Below the pieces are notes generated by a model, which saw only the letters and a program-made list of their open reading frames with translations, was not told the DNA's origin and ran no database searches. A DNA stretch of 64,000 nt, from positions 25,298,001-25,362,000 of the forward strand of contig NC_086118.1 of NCBI RefSeq assembly GCF_963921235.1, in the 5' to 3' direction. Below, piece by piece: positions 51,631 through 64,000 of this stretch (position 1 is its first letter; the number at the start of each line of letters is the position of its first letter). Source of the stretch: Mobula hypostoma (Eukaryota). Made by a program: the position numbers and the translations under genes.

Positions 51631-53584
51631 GTTAGCAGCTCCTCAGGGTAAATCACAACAAAGAACACTGCATTCCATTCCCAATCTCTTGGAAAACAGT
51701 ACACAAGCAGGTGGATGACAGCTTCATCTGTACCACTGCCAACCGAAGGGCAGCACATAATGGGATTGAGACGCTGGCTGTGCATAAAGGATCCGACGGG
51801 GGAGGGTTTTTCTCACCACCAGCCAAATGAGGCTTTACTACATGCCTGAAAATTGAGGTGATGAGGCATTCTGCCAAATGATTTTGACAATCCTACTTGG
51901 GGAACGATCGGACAGGATTCTGATCCACCGTCTCTTTCACCTTCTGGGCCGTCAGGATGTTGGCTTTGTAATACTGACACTTGTGACTGCCAATTTGAAG
52001 CTCATGCAGACATGGGCCCAGTAGGAGGTCTTCTAGTCTACTTGTCCCTCCATGCAGTTGGTGATCAAATATCAGGACATTGAGTTTAAAACAGAAGCAA
52101 ACAGAAGAGGAATAATTCCTTCAAGTATAGGAAAAGACATGTCTAATCTGTGCAAGAACAGTGATTACTTGCCTGTCAGTCAGACTGTGAGTATTATGGG
52201 AAGTAACAGACACGCTGAATGTCGAATCATTCACTTGCAGGACAGGACAAGAAATCAATAAAATGCATATTTAATTTGAGCAGCTGTCAAATTGGACTAA
52301 TCCTGTCATGTTCATCTATTGGACTGAATTACATAAGGAGAGCGAAGCAAGAGTTGATAGAAGTTTATGGTAAAACAACTTTCGAAAGAGAATTGTTTTG
52401 AAGTTGACTACAGTCTAAGTATTGGCAATACAACTGAAAGGAAATCTAAATGACCATCAGAAATATTGTGACAAATAAAGAAGACAGACATCAAGTGCTG
52501 TTGCAAGATGGTCATCTCAGTGACAGATGCTCTTCGATCCTTCCAAAACTTGTTGGCCTTCCACCAAAATGAGATAACTGAAAGGGAATGCTGCTAACGG
52601 AACCCTCCATACTGCAGGAGAACATGCTGAGGGGTACAGTGAAGCTTGCAGCAGCTAGTGCAAAGATATCCAGCATCTGCAGACTTCTCTTGTTTGTGAA
52701 TGCAAAGTATTTGTGGGAAAGCATAGCAGTCTACTAGATTTCTGTCACTGGAGGGGCTAAGTTCTGTGTAGAAGCCTCTCAAAGACTGGAAGTTTGAATC
52801 ATCCCAGAGGGTCACATGAGTGGTCAGAGTGCTCTGTCCACAGAATGTGTGAATGCCACCAATATGTAGAACTAATATCACTACGAATGTAAAAAAATCA
52901 AATATCATCCTAAAGGTAATAAAAGCCATGCATTGTGGGTTTTATTTTTGTATTTATGGGTGTATATTTTCGATGAAGAGAAGCACTTTTCTGAGGAACT
53001 GCACAGGTAGCTGACACAGGCTCCCCAGCTAAGCTTGAGCCAGTGAAATCAAAACACAACAGTTCAATCTGAAAAGGAAGAGGGTAAGAATGGAGGGAGT
53101 TCAGGTGTATAAACATCTAAAACTTTGGAGATCGACCATATTGGAAACGGATTATCCCACGTACTAGATGTGAAGCAGGAGGACCACCTGACCAGTGTAT
53201 TCTCCTATTCCCAAGTATCCTCTGCTCTAGTCTTTAACTATTCATGGAGGGTCAGAAAGAGTACTGCCTGTGCACATAGATACTGTATTTAGTCTTGTAT
53301 GACCTGGTGATCGAATTTAACCAAACCAATGAAGGTAACTGTCGGTTAATACAGATTCTCTTCGTGCTTAGTTAATCTTTGTCATCGAGGGTGAATATCT
53401 ACAACAACACAAGTAAGCTGGAGGAATTCAGCAGGTCAGGCAGCATCTATGGACAGTTGATGCTTCAGCTGAAGACCCTTCATCTGGACTCGTCATCTGT
53501 TTTGCGCATGCATTTTCTGATAATGAGTTCTGAGAAGTTTATGTGTACTGTCAGGAGTTACGTTGGCGGGAGTTAATGTATGGT

Positions 53585-53870
53585 CTTCATCTTCTTAAGC
53601 CCATTGCCCCTACTGGGGCAAAGACTGCTGACAGCAGCCCACCAGAGACCTCAGTCCTGGGCCAAAGGTTGATCAGTCCTGTAGCTTTCACTTTCAACAC
53701 ACAATTTCATAAGTCTTCTAGGTGAAGATCCTTTCTCTCCCAGGGTGAGGTCTTTGAAGCTTCTGTTGGTTCTGTAACACTGGGTCTTTATAGATGAGAT
53801 TTCTAGCCCCCTGCCCAACCCTCCTCCTCTTGCAGCCGGGCTTGGGACTGCCCATGGCAGAGTTGTGCCC
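53585..53870 (-). mobile_element. Probable RTE-derived short non-autonomous element
   Basis: ccaaccctcctcct...ccgggcttgggac is typical of RTE 5' ends in reverse; there is a cttcatcttctt tail-like end at about 53585. Confidence 0.45.
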
Positions 53871-54367
53871 TTTATGGATATTGAAAATGATTTTGAAACG
53901 TCACATAGGTCAGTAGATGAGAAATAAGATTGTGCCAAGAGCGAGGGAGGTGGGGATTGAACAGAAATAGGATGCTGGCCAAAGCTTTAATGTGCAAAGC
54001 CGCTCTTTTTGGCTCCACATTAAAGTGACCATTTGAATTTAGATTTATCTTTCCAGTAGCTGCCTCCCACAGTGTACCTTTCAAAAAGGAATTTGAGCAC
54101 AATGCAAAAAGATTGCAAATTCACCATGAGTTGGCATGATGACCCTCACTGATTAAAAACAGTTCTATTTTACTATACAGCATTTGTAGCTGTTTAGGAA
54201 ATCAACATCAGTAGGTCTACTTCGTCATTATGTAATTTGAGGCAAGTTGTATATATCGTTCTATTATAGACTCATAGATTTATTGTGCTTACGTCTTGTT
54301 GGCAAACTGTGAATGTTACTTTTGCAATCATTCTTCCTTTCTCAGTTTTTAGCTATACTGTGGTATA

Positions 54368-54615
54368 ATCAGAATCAGGTTTAAAATCACTGGCATATGT
54401 CATGAAATTTGTTGTCTTTATGGCAGCAGTACAATGCAACACATAATAAAAACTGTGAATTACAGTAAATATAAATATATTTGTATATATAAAATAGTTA
54501 AATAAGCAGTGCAAAAAAAGTAGTGAGGTAGTGTTCGCTGGTTCAATGTCCATTCAGAAATCGGATGGCAGAGGGAAAGAAGCTGTTCCTGAATCGTTGG
54601 GTGTGTGCCTTCAGG
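54368..54615 (-). mobile_element. Rex1-type LINE 3' tip
   Basis: aatcagaatcag tail complement; reverse match to 3620-3900. Confidence 0.85.
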
Positions 54616-57600
54616 AGTGTGCATAGTTGCATGCCTATTGCCATTTTTTATTGAGTATTGCACACGTTTTGTTGAGAAGCTATTCCGAATCTTCAGTTTG
54701 CTTCAATAAGCTCTGCAAAATGTAGCATTCCAGCCTTTAGAGAATCCAGTGTAAACATTCACTAGACAATATTGCTGCCCCTCTTTCCCTTAATTGCTGG
54801 GTTACAGACAATGGAACCTTTCTGTATATGTTGGAAAGAGGATAGCGAGTCCATAATGAAAATATGTAAAGTACTCCTGATCCATAGTGTACTTGTTGAT
54901 ATTTGCACCAATGTTGAACACAAAATAAAACCAATTTTATTCAAATAATGGTATTGTATTTCTCATGATTAAAGGCAGAAGATATCTGCAGAGGTAGATG
55001 CTCCATAACAATACAAAAATACACTATAAAATTCCAATAATTCTTGAATCATATTGTACTTCCCTTTAATTTCTGTTCATAATTTACATTTATTTTCATT
55101 TATCCAATAACAGTGAATAGAACCAACTAACTCCAATGAACCTTCCAAATGTACAGCTATGCAATTTATCATGCTGGCATTAGTAACAGCCTAAAATATG
55201 CCCTAGTCGTCTCACTTCCACCAAGTAATCTCATTCTTTAACATCCTTGTAGATGTGCCATACTGTGTTCATTCAAGACATATTAGTACATTAATGCACT
55301 ACATTATCATTCTTAGTGCCACTGGCAGAAAATTACATCACATTGGTGTTATGTTTTGCAACTCCAGGAACTAATTGAAAATAAAAACACAGGAACCGGA
55401 TATTTACATACTTAATTTTCTTTAGTAAGACACTCGAAAATGATGTGGTGGCGTATGCCATTCACATACTTCTTGCATATAACACAAAATGGATTATGTA
55501 AACAAACAAAGAATACTTACTCAAATAATATGTTTATAATATTACTCAAATATTACTGAAGTATTAAATACACTCACTCCTCCCTGCTTAGCTAAAAACT
55601 CCAACTCAAAATTGAATAGATAATACAACTACTATATACACATCCATAGCCTAAAGATTTAATTGCTGTGGAGGATTTCTTACCCTTGTGGGATAACATC
55701 TTTCCTGACAAAGGGGTGGGGGGTCACTCTGCTTGGCAGGTGAGACTCGTGGCTGTGAAACAATCTCAGGTTCTGGGTCCTGCTCTGTGGTAGTTGTAGG
55801 AGTTGCCGTTGGGACTGCAGGAAATGGTTCTGACAGCTCTGGACACCTCTCTTCTCTAACAGTTGACACTGCTCTCCTCACCTGATCAATATGTCATTCC
55901 ATAAGACATAAAACACAGTCTCCACTGTGTAGGAGAGTGTATCAGTTCCATCCTTGATCTTTCCAAGTACCCACATTTGATCATCACTGTAGTACCTTGA
56001 CAGGACTGCTTGTCCTAGAGTGAAACATCAAACATTGTTTGAGGAGCTCTCAATGTGTTTCAGCTGTTTGTCCTGATACTCCTTGAGAGAATGGATTTGA
56101 GGAGATCCAAGCATGAGCACCAGGGACAACCCAGGAACAGCATAGCTGCTGAGTTGTTACTTGTGGAGTGTGCTGCATTACGATTTACAAAGGGGAAATT
56201 GATGAATTTCCGATTCAGTGTAGAGTGTTCTGTTGACATTGCTTGCAATGCATTCCTTAGTTTTTGGATATACCTTTCCACCAAGCTATTGGTAGCTAGG
56301 TGGTGTGGTGCAGATGTAGTATCTAATTTCATTCTTTTTAAGGAATACTTGAAACTATTCCTCAACAAACTGTCATCCACTATCAATGACTAAATGCTCT
56401 GGAGGTCCACTCCTTGAGAAGATGCTTCTCAACACATCAACCATGTGCAAGACTGTAGTGAAGGCTATTGGGACCACTTCTGGCCACTTTGTAGCTGCAT
56501 CCACTGCTACCAAGGAATTTGTACCTGTGAATGCCCGGGCAAAATCCACATGAATCTTCTGCCAGGGCATTGCAAGCCACTCACAGGAAAGGAGAGTTGT
56601 TGATCTTGCCATCTACTGGATGTTTTGGCACTCTGAACAGTGCATGACAAGCTGCTCAATCTGCTGATTATTCCGGGCCAACATACAAAGCTTTGAACCA
56701 ACACTTCCATTTTGACCGGCATGTAGCTCCTCCAACACTTTAGCTCTCAGCTTGGATGGTACAACAAGGTCTCAATCCCCACGTAAAGAAACCCCCGTCA
56801 AAGGCAAGTTCATCCTGGCACAGGTAAAAATGGGATAACTGGAAATTCTGCTCACATACCAGCTATTTTGAGTCGTCATTTTGAGCTGAGACAGTGTGGA
56901 GTCTTTTATAGTTTCCCTTTGGATCATCTTTGCCGTAATAAGGAGACTTTCAATCTGCATTAGAGAGAATGCATCAAGAGGTGTGTCCTCTTTTGCAAAT
57001 TTTTCAGGTATTTCCCTTTCCAACGATAAACAGGACAATCCATCAATATTTCTATGATTAGTTGTCCTCTCGAAAACAATCTTGTACTTGTGTCCTCCAG
57101 CAAACAGAGGCAATCTCTGCATTCCTGCTGCTGCTGTTAGTGGAGCACCCATCTGTTGATTGAAAATGGCCACCAGCGGTTGATGATCAGTAATCAAATT
57201 AGTAATATCCCATAAAAGTACTGGTTGAAACATTTTACACCCCAAACTAGACTCAAGGCCTTTCTGTCAACCTGTGCATGATTCTTCTCTGCAGCGGTAA
57301 GGGAATGTGATTTAAACGCTAAGAGGCATTCACTTCCATCACTCAGAACATGTGACATGACTGTAGTGATACCATAAGGCAAAGTGTCAAATGCAAGTTT
57401 CACTCAACAAATGGATCATAATGTGTGAGTACCGTGGCTGATGTCACCGTTTCTTTTGCCTTTTTGAAAGCCACCTCACACTGTTTTGTCCATTGCCTTT
57501 TCTTCCCGATCTATAGTAATGAGATCAAGGTGTGGGGCACAGTAGCCAGGTTTGGCAGGAACTTTTTACAGTAAATGACAAATCTAAAAAAGGACCACAA

Positions 57601-58581
57601 CTGTGACACACCCTTGGGCCTTGGGGCATCCACCACTGCTTGAATTTTCTAAGTTCACTTGTGCGTCAATAGAATGATCACTTGAAGTGGTGCTTGACTT
57701 AAAGAATGTTTAAAGAATGCCCATGGTGAGAAACACTTTGGAATCTTCTTCCAATTCCATCTGCAAGGAAGCCTCAGCTAAGTCCACTCCGCTGAAATGT
57801 TTTCCTCCAGAAAGGTTTGCAAAGATATCTTCTATCCTGGGCGGTACTGGGTTGATGGTGACTTTAAAATCAACATAGATCCTGACAGACCTATTCTTGT
57901 TGGCTACTGGGACCACTGGCATTGTCCATAGGAACTCCCTTCAACCTTGGAGAGAATTCCTTCTGCCTCCATGCAATCTAGCTTACTGCCTACTGCATCA
58001 CAGATAGTATAAGGAACCATACAGGCTTTGTAAAACTTGGAAGTGGCATTTTCATTTAACACTATTTTACCCTTGATATGTTTGAGTTTCCAATGCCAGT
58101 CCTGGATACTGCTATGGTATCATCCAGTATCTTTCTTAATTTGCTTTTGGTTGACTCTATTGCAGGTGATGTAGCGTGCAAATGGTGCAGAAATCTTCAG
58201 TCAAGTTGTAATTGTCTCAGCCAATCACAGCCCCATAATGTGGGCCCTCCTGTTTTTACCACATACAAGCACAATGTGGCTTGTTGGTTGTTGCATTTCA
58301 CTGTTACAAATGTCATTCCCGCAGGAGCTATTTTTTCTCCAGTATAAGTTCTTATTTGGATATCTGCAGGCTTCAATTCAGTATCTTTGAAATGCCGTTT
58401 CAACTCATTTTGTGGAATGACTGAAATAGCTGAGTCAGTGTCCAATTCCAGTTTAATGAAGTTGCTGTTCAATTCTGGTGTAAGCCATACTGCTTATCTC
58501 TTGTTAGTTTTCGCATTGTAAATCTCAATGCTACTCAATACTGCATCATTTTCATCATTATCAGATTTTTCTTCAGCAACA

Positions 58582-59755
58582 TACCCCTCAAAACTAATCA
58601 ATAAGCTCCAAGACCTTGGCCTTAATATCTCCTTGTGCAATTAAATTTTTAATTTCCTCACTTGCAGACCCCAGTCAGCTCACGATCTCCATCAGCACAG
58701 GCTGTGTGCTTATCCCCCTCCCCTACTCACTTTACACTTATGACTGTGTGGCTGAGGACAGCTCCAAATCCGTATTCAAGTTTGCAAACAACGCCATTGT
58801 CATAGGCCAAATCAAAAGTGGTGATGAATCAGCATTCAGGAGGGAGATTGAAAATCTGGCTAAATGGTACCATAGCAACAACCCATTACTCAATGTTAGC
58901 AAGACCAAGGAGCTGATTATTGACTTCTGGAGCAGGGAACCAGAGTTCCATGAGCCAATCCACATCAGAAGATCAGAGATGGGGAGGGTCAGCAACTTTA
59001 ATTTCCTGGGTATTATTTTGGAGGACCCGTCCTGGGCCCAGCATCTAAGTGCAATTACAAAGAAAATTTGCGGCACCTCCACTGCCCTAGGAGTTTGCAA
59101 ATAATCAGCATGTTATCTAAAACTTTGACAAACCTCTATAGAGGTGCAGTGGAGAGGATATTGACTGGTATGGAAACACCAATGTCCTTGAACATAAAAT
59201 CCTACAAAAAGTAGAGGATATAGCCCAGTCCATCATAGGAAAAGCCCTCCCCACTACTGATCACATCTACATGAGATGCTGTCACAGGAAAGCAGCTTCC
59301 ATCATCAGGGACTCTCAGCATCAAGGACATGCTCTCTTCTCACTGCTGTCATCAGGAAGAAGTTACAAGAGACTCAGGACTCACACTACCAAGTTCAGGA
59401 ACAGTTATTACCCCTCGACCATCAGGCTCTTGAACCAAAGGGGATAATTTCACTCAACTTCACTTGCCCCATTATGAAACTGTTCCCACAGCCTATGGAC
59501 TCACTTGCAAAGACTCTTCATCTCATGTTCTCAATACATTACTTATTTATTATTATTATTTCTGACTTTTTGTATTTGTACAGTTTGTTGTCTTTAGAAC
59601 ACTGGTTGAATGCTCAAGTTGGTGCAGTCTTCCATTGATTCTGTTATGATTGTTATTCTATTATAGATTTATAAAGATGCCCGCAACAAAATGAATCTCA
59701 GGGTTGCAAATAGTGACATATATTCACGTTGACAATAAATCTACTTTGAACTTTG
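58582..59755 (+). mobile_element. Rex1-type LINE 3' half nested in the Gypsy gag/protease junction
   Basis: YSLYTYDCVA and LNVSKTKELIIDF, with a ctttgaactttg tail. Gypsy sequence resumes on both sides. Confidence 0.92.
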
Positions 59756-60602
59756 ATTGGTGCTGTTTTTGAAACTGCGACTTAACTTGTTGTCTTTTTC
59801 TCTTCCCTGTGCAGTCCATTTATTTTTGTTTTTCCAGTATGCTCTTTGCATGTGTCCTATTTTATGGCATGTTCTGTAAGTTTCACCTTTAAACCTGCTT
59901 TGGACTGGTGTACGTGAGGCACCGCTACAACAGTAACACAATTTTGTTGGCTGGGCAATTGGCTGTTTAGATGTTGGCATTTTGTTCACACTCACTTTCA
60001 TTCCTACCTGCAACACAGTTGCATCCCTGGCTGTTGTTTGCATTGATAAAGTGATTTCAATTGCTGTTTTGAATGTGAGTTGTGCTGCAGTTAGGAGCCA
60101 TTTTTGAATGCTTTCTTGGAAGTTTGCATAAACTAAACCATCTCTCAGAACATCATTAAGCCCATCACTGAAATGACCATGCTTGGACAATTTCTCAATT
60201 CAGCCACATAAGCTGAAATGGACTCCCCTTCCTTTTCATTCTGCTTATGAAAGCTAAAGCATTCTACAGTCAACAATGGTTTTGGTTCTAAACATTCTTG
60301 CATTGTATTCACAACATCAGCAAAGCTTATTTCATATGGTTTGCTTGGAGCAGTTAAACTTCTAAGGGAACTCTTCATTTTTCCAACTATTGTCTTCTGC
60401 AACACTGGTACTCATATTTCATCAGCTATTTCATTTGCTTCAAAATACTGCTCAATTCATTCAATATACATCATCCAACTATCTGTTGTACAATGAAACG
60501 TGTCTATCTTTCCAATGTAGACAGCCATTTCTGATCTTAAAAATTATTATTATTGTTACCCGTTTCGCACTGTTTATGGCCCATGGCCGTACTCGAAGCT
60601 TG

Positions 60603-61220
60603 TTAATTTAGATTATGAAGACACGTAGTCCTCTTTTATTATCATTTAGTAATGCATGCATTAAGAAATGATACATTATTTCCTCCAGTGTGATAACACA
60701 AAACACAGGACAGACCAGACTGAAAAAACTGACAAAACCACATAATTATAACATATAGTTACAACAGTGCATAATACCATAACTTGATGAAGAAGTCCAT
60801 GAGCACAGTAAAGTTCAGTTTCTCAAATGTCCCACATCTCACGCAGCTGGGAGAAGGAAGAAAAACTCTCCCTGCCATGCCGACCACAATCCGACTCTGA
60901 GTCATCCGAAAACTTCAAGCTCTGATCAGCTCTCCGACACCGAGTACTGAGCGCCATCTCTGTCCGAACAATTCCACCTCCTTCTCGGTCGCCAAAAGCA
61001 GGCAGGGCCGGGTATTTTGATGCCTACCCTCCGAAAGATTCCTGACAACACAGTAACGACAGCAGTGAATGGGCGTTTCAGAAATTTCTCCAGATGTTCT
61101 TCTGTGCTTTCATGTCCATTCTCCATCAAATCAGAATTGTCCACGGCCCCTATTTAACAGATACGATATCATTTTTCACCGGAGGGCTGCGCACGCGCAG
61201 GTGCGCCGCCATCTTCTCCC
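60603..61220 (-). mobile_element. Non-coding retroposon beginning GGGAGAAGATGGCGGCG (copy 2), nested in the Gypsy 5' UTR
   Basis: The reverse complement is collinear with 36867-37545. Confidence 0.85.
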
Positions 61221-61827
61221 ATTTCTGCTTTTTCCTCCATTTTCTGCTTTCATCCATTTTCATCCATTTTCTGCTTTTTTAAAAAACTAGAATGTCTTTC
61301 TCCCTTTCTGAATAAAAACATGGTGCACTTTTTTTACTCAAACATTTCTCTCCCCTTTTGAAGTGAACCTGCTGCACTTCAACAGGTAGATAATTGTCTT
61401 GGGTTCGTTTTATAACATCTTCGTTGCCACTATTATGTTTTGTAACCTACGATACTTAGCAAAAGAAAAACACCAGACCCAGGATATGTTTTGTCTACTT
61501 CATTTTTCTTTTCCTTTTTTTAGTGATGTGCTGACATATGACTTGGTGACATAATGACGTATGACATTCATGTACTTCTTACATATAACCCATAATGAAT
61601 TATGTATACAGCAAATAACGCTTAATCAAATAGTATATTTACAACATTACTCAAATATTATTGAAATATTCAATACACTACAATTGGGAGGAGACAAATA
61701 GACTAGCTGGTCTTGTCTTGTCCTCTACTTTCTGGTTAGTAGTTTAATGTTTTCTTCCCTATTTTGTGACTTTAACTGAGTTTTGTTAGTAAGGGAGCCA
61801 TAAGTAAGGTCTAGCTTCAGCTATTTA

Positions 61828-62000
61828 TACACAAGAGATTCTGCAGTTGCTGGAAGCCCTGAGCAACACTCACGAAGTGCTGGAGGAAGTTAGTGGGTCA
61901 GACAGCAGTTATGGAGAGGAATAAACAGTCGACATTTCAGGTCGAGACCTTTCATCAGGACAGTTAGGAGCTCCTCCAGCATTTTTATGCGTGTTGTTTC
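61828..62000 (-). mobile_element. Penelope-terminus fold-back element with a hammerhead motif (61927-61961)
   Basis: Minus-strand GTC-CTGATGA-AAGG tctcga CCT-GAAAT-GTC-GAC, followed by a short inverted arm ctcctccagcattttt. Confidence 0.8.
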
Positions 62001-62139
62001 AGTTACATATAATTTCATTTCATAAAATAAGGGAACAGTTTACCATTTGATATGCAGCAGTTTCTAACTCACTTGTTCTCACACAGACCCTGTGCCAAAC
62101 TTGGTCGTCTCTAATATCCTTCCATTGGCATTTATAGCC

Positions 62140-62490
62140 TGGAAGCTGAACCCACCTGGAATGTAAAATGCTGAGTAACCACCAGGGGAGTCTCCAAGAG
62201 TCCCCAAAAGGGAGATCCAAAGTAGGAGGGCTGAAATAGGAGTGCCAAAGTGCAGATGAAACAGAACTGAGGAAGTAGGTATCCCGAAATCGAATGTTTA
62301 AATATAAGTGTTAAAACAGCAGTGCCAAAACTGGAGTACCCAAAGAGAAACACTGAATGAGGAGTGCTGAAATAGGTGTGACCAACCAGGAGTGCTCAAA
62401 CAATAGAGCTCAGTCGGTACTGCTGACATCTTTGCATTGAAACAGGGATCCAAAGTTGAGCCCGCAAGCTAGGGTATCTAAAATATGGAA
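62140..62490 (+). repeat. Highly degenerate 14-bp minisatellite (approximate consensus AAACAGGAGTGCTG)
   Basis: Consecutive units aaacagcagtgcca aaactggagtaccc aaagagaaacactg aatgaggagtgctg aaataggtgtgacc aaccaggagtgctc. Confidence 0.75.
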
Positions 62491-62509
62491 AAAGAAGTTT
62501 GCAATGCAC

Positions 62510-64000
62510 ATAAGACCATATAACATACGAGTAGAATTCAGCCATTAGGCCCATTGAGTCTACTCCACCATTCAATCATGGCTGATCCTTTTTTACCCCT
62601 CTTCAACCCCTTTCCTCGGCCTTCTTCCCGTAACCTTTGGTGCAATGTCCAATCGAGAACCTACCAGTCTCTGCCTTAAATGCACCCAATGACCTGGCCT
62701 CCACAGCTGCATGTGGTAACAAATTCCACACATTCACCACCCTCTGGCAAAAGAAATTTCTTCACAACTCTGTTTCAAATGGACGCCCTTCAATCCTGTG
62801 GCCATACCTTCTTGTCCTAGACTCTCCCAGCATGAGAAACATCCTTTGCACATCTACTCTGTCTAGGCCTTTTTAAGATTTAAAAGGTTTCAATGAGACC
62901 CCCCCACATTCTTCTAAATTTCAGCAAGTACAGACCCAGAACTATCAAACGTTCTTTGTATAACAACCCTTTCATTTCTGGAATCATCCTTGTGAATATC
63001 CTCTGGACCCTCTCCAATGCCTGGATTTTTTTTTTTCTGAGACGAGGAGGTCAAAATTGTTCACAATACGCAAGGTGAGGCCTCACCAGTGTCTTATGAA
63101 GCCTCAGCATCACATCCTTGCTCTTGTATTCAATACCTCTTGAAATTAATACTAACATTGCATTTGCCTTCCTCACCACCGACTCAATGTGCAAGTTAAT
63201 CTTTAGGGTCTTCTGCACAAGGACTCCCAAGTCCCTTTGCATCTCAGATTTTTGGATTTTCTCCCCGCATGGAAAATAGTCAGCACATTTATTCCTTCTA
63301 CCAAAGTGCATGACCATCTATTTTCCAACATTGTATTTCATTTGCCACTTTCTTGCCCATTCTCCTAATCTGTCTAAGTCCTTCTGAAGCCTACTTATTT
63401 CCTCAACACCACCTACCTCTCCACCAATCTTTGTATCATCTGAAAACTTGGCAACCAAGCCATCTATTCCATCATCTAAATCATTGATACATGGCATGAA
63501 AAGAAGCGGTCCCAACATTGACCCCTGTGGAACACCACTAGTCACTTGCAGCCAACCAGACAAGGATCCTTTTACTCCCATTTGCTGCCTCCTATCTATC
63601 AGCCAATGCTCTAACCATATTAGTAACTTTCTTGTAAAAATACCATGGGCTCTTAACTTGGTAAGTAGCTTCATTTGTGGCAGAGGCTTTCTGAAAGTCT
63701 AAATAAACAACATCCACTACATCTATCTTACTTGTAATCTCTTCAAAGAATTCCAACAGGTTCATCAGGCAAGATTTTCCCTTAAGAAAACCAAGCAGCA
63801 CACACAAAATGCTGGAAGAACTCAGCAGTCCAAGCAGCATCAATGGACAAAAGTACAGTTAACTTTTTGGGCGGAAAATCTTCGGCAGGACTGACTTTGC
63901 CCTATCTTGTTCTGTGTCACCAAGTACTCCATAACCTCATGCTTAACAATTGACTCTAACACCTTCCCAACCACTGAGGTCAGGCTAACTGGTCTATAAT
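62510..64000 (-). mobile_element. CR1 LINE RT region continuing beyond the window, with a Penelope-terminus insert at ~63797-63893
   Basis: VVYLDFQKA, VTSGVPQGSMLGPLLF, KFSDDTKIGG and VRPHLAYC, with a cataagaccata tail complement. Confidence 0.95.

Larger units (their letters stand above)
49830..52050 (-). mobile_element. Old Tx1/L1-group LINE C-terminal remnant in three pieces (49830-50019, ~51313-51356, ~51630-52050)
   Basis: Minus-strand peptides in the expected order: VKIIWQNASSP, CP..G.GTDEAVIHLLVYC (zinc-finger-like), FCGPFPET, YWKIIN...QSKELTATE, and DALQLSIAAAVSLWGK. Confidence 0.7.
55347..61682 (-). mobile_element. Near full-length degenerate Gypsy (Mag-like) LTR retrotransposon
   Basis: LTRs at 55347-55576 and 61431-61682, ATTGG TSD (55342-55346, 61683-61687), PBS-like TGGCAACGAAGAT next to the 5' LTR, and a PPT at 55577-55590. 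The gag ATG is at 60528, followed by PR (LELDTDSAISVI), RT (RIEDIFANLSGG), RH and INT (PWQKIHVDFA; SAPHHLATNSLVER) in Gypsy order, with many stops and frameshifts. Confidence 0.95.

Overview
Vertebrate genomic DNA that is AT-rich and dominated by repeats. The repeat mix (CR1, Rex1/Babar, Penelope, V-SINE-like, Tx1) suggests a cartilaginous fish, probably a ray; this is inference. Only one host gene is confidently supported: a single-coding-exon RNF222-like RING/transmembrane E3 ligase on the minus strand (18301-18879) in a CpG island. A second CpG-rich, promoter-like patch with an RFX X-box-like motif lies at about 540-960. Most of the rest is nested transposon sequence. It includes a near full-length degenerate Gypsy element with both LTRs, PBS, PPT and a 5-bp TSD, a hAT element with a 6-bp TSD, many Rex1 and CR1 fragments, Tx1, RTE and Vingi-like remnants, and Penelope copies ending in minimal hammerhead ribozyme motifs. 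The most interesting signals are: (i) the hammerheads and a family of short fold-back elements built around them; (ii) a 62-bp inverted copy of nearby DNA inserted inside one hammerhead, plus a snap-back hairpin at the 5' junction of the same element; (iii) two copies of a non-coding ~0.65-kb retroposon starting with a YY1-type motif; (iv) a locally homogenised inverted CR1 pair. Repeat boundaries were read by eye and are approximate unless a TSD or terminus is quoted.
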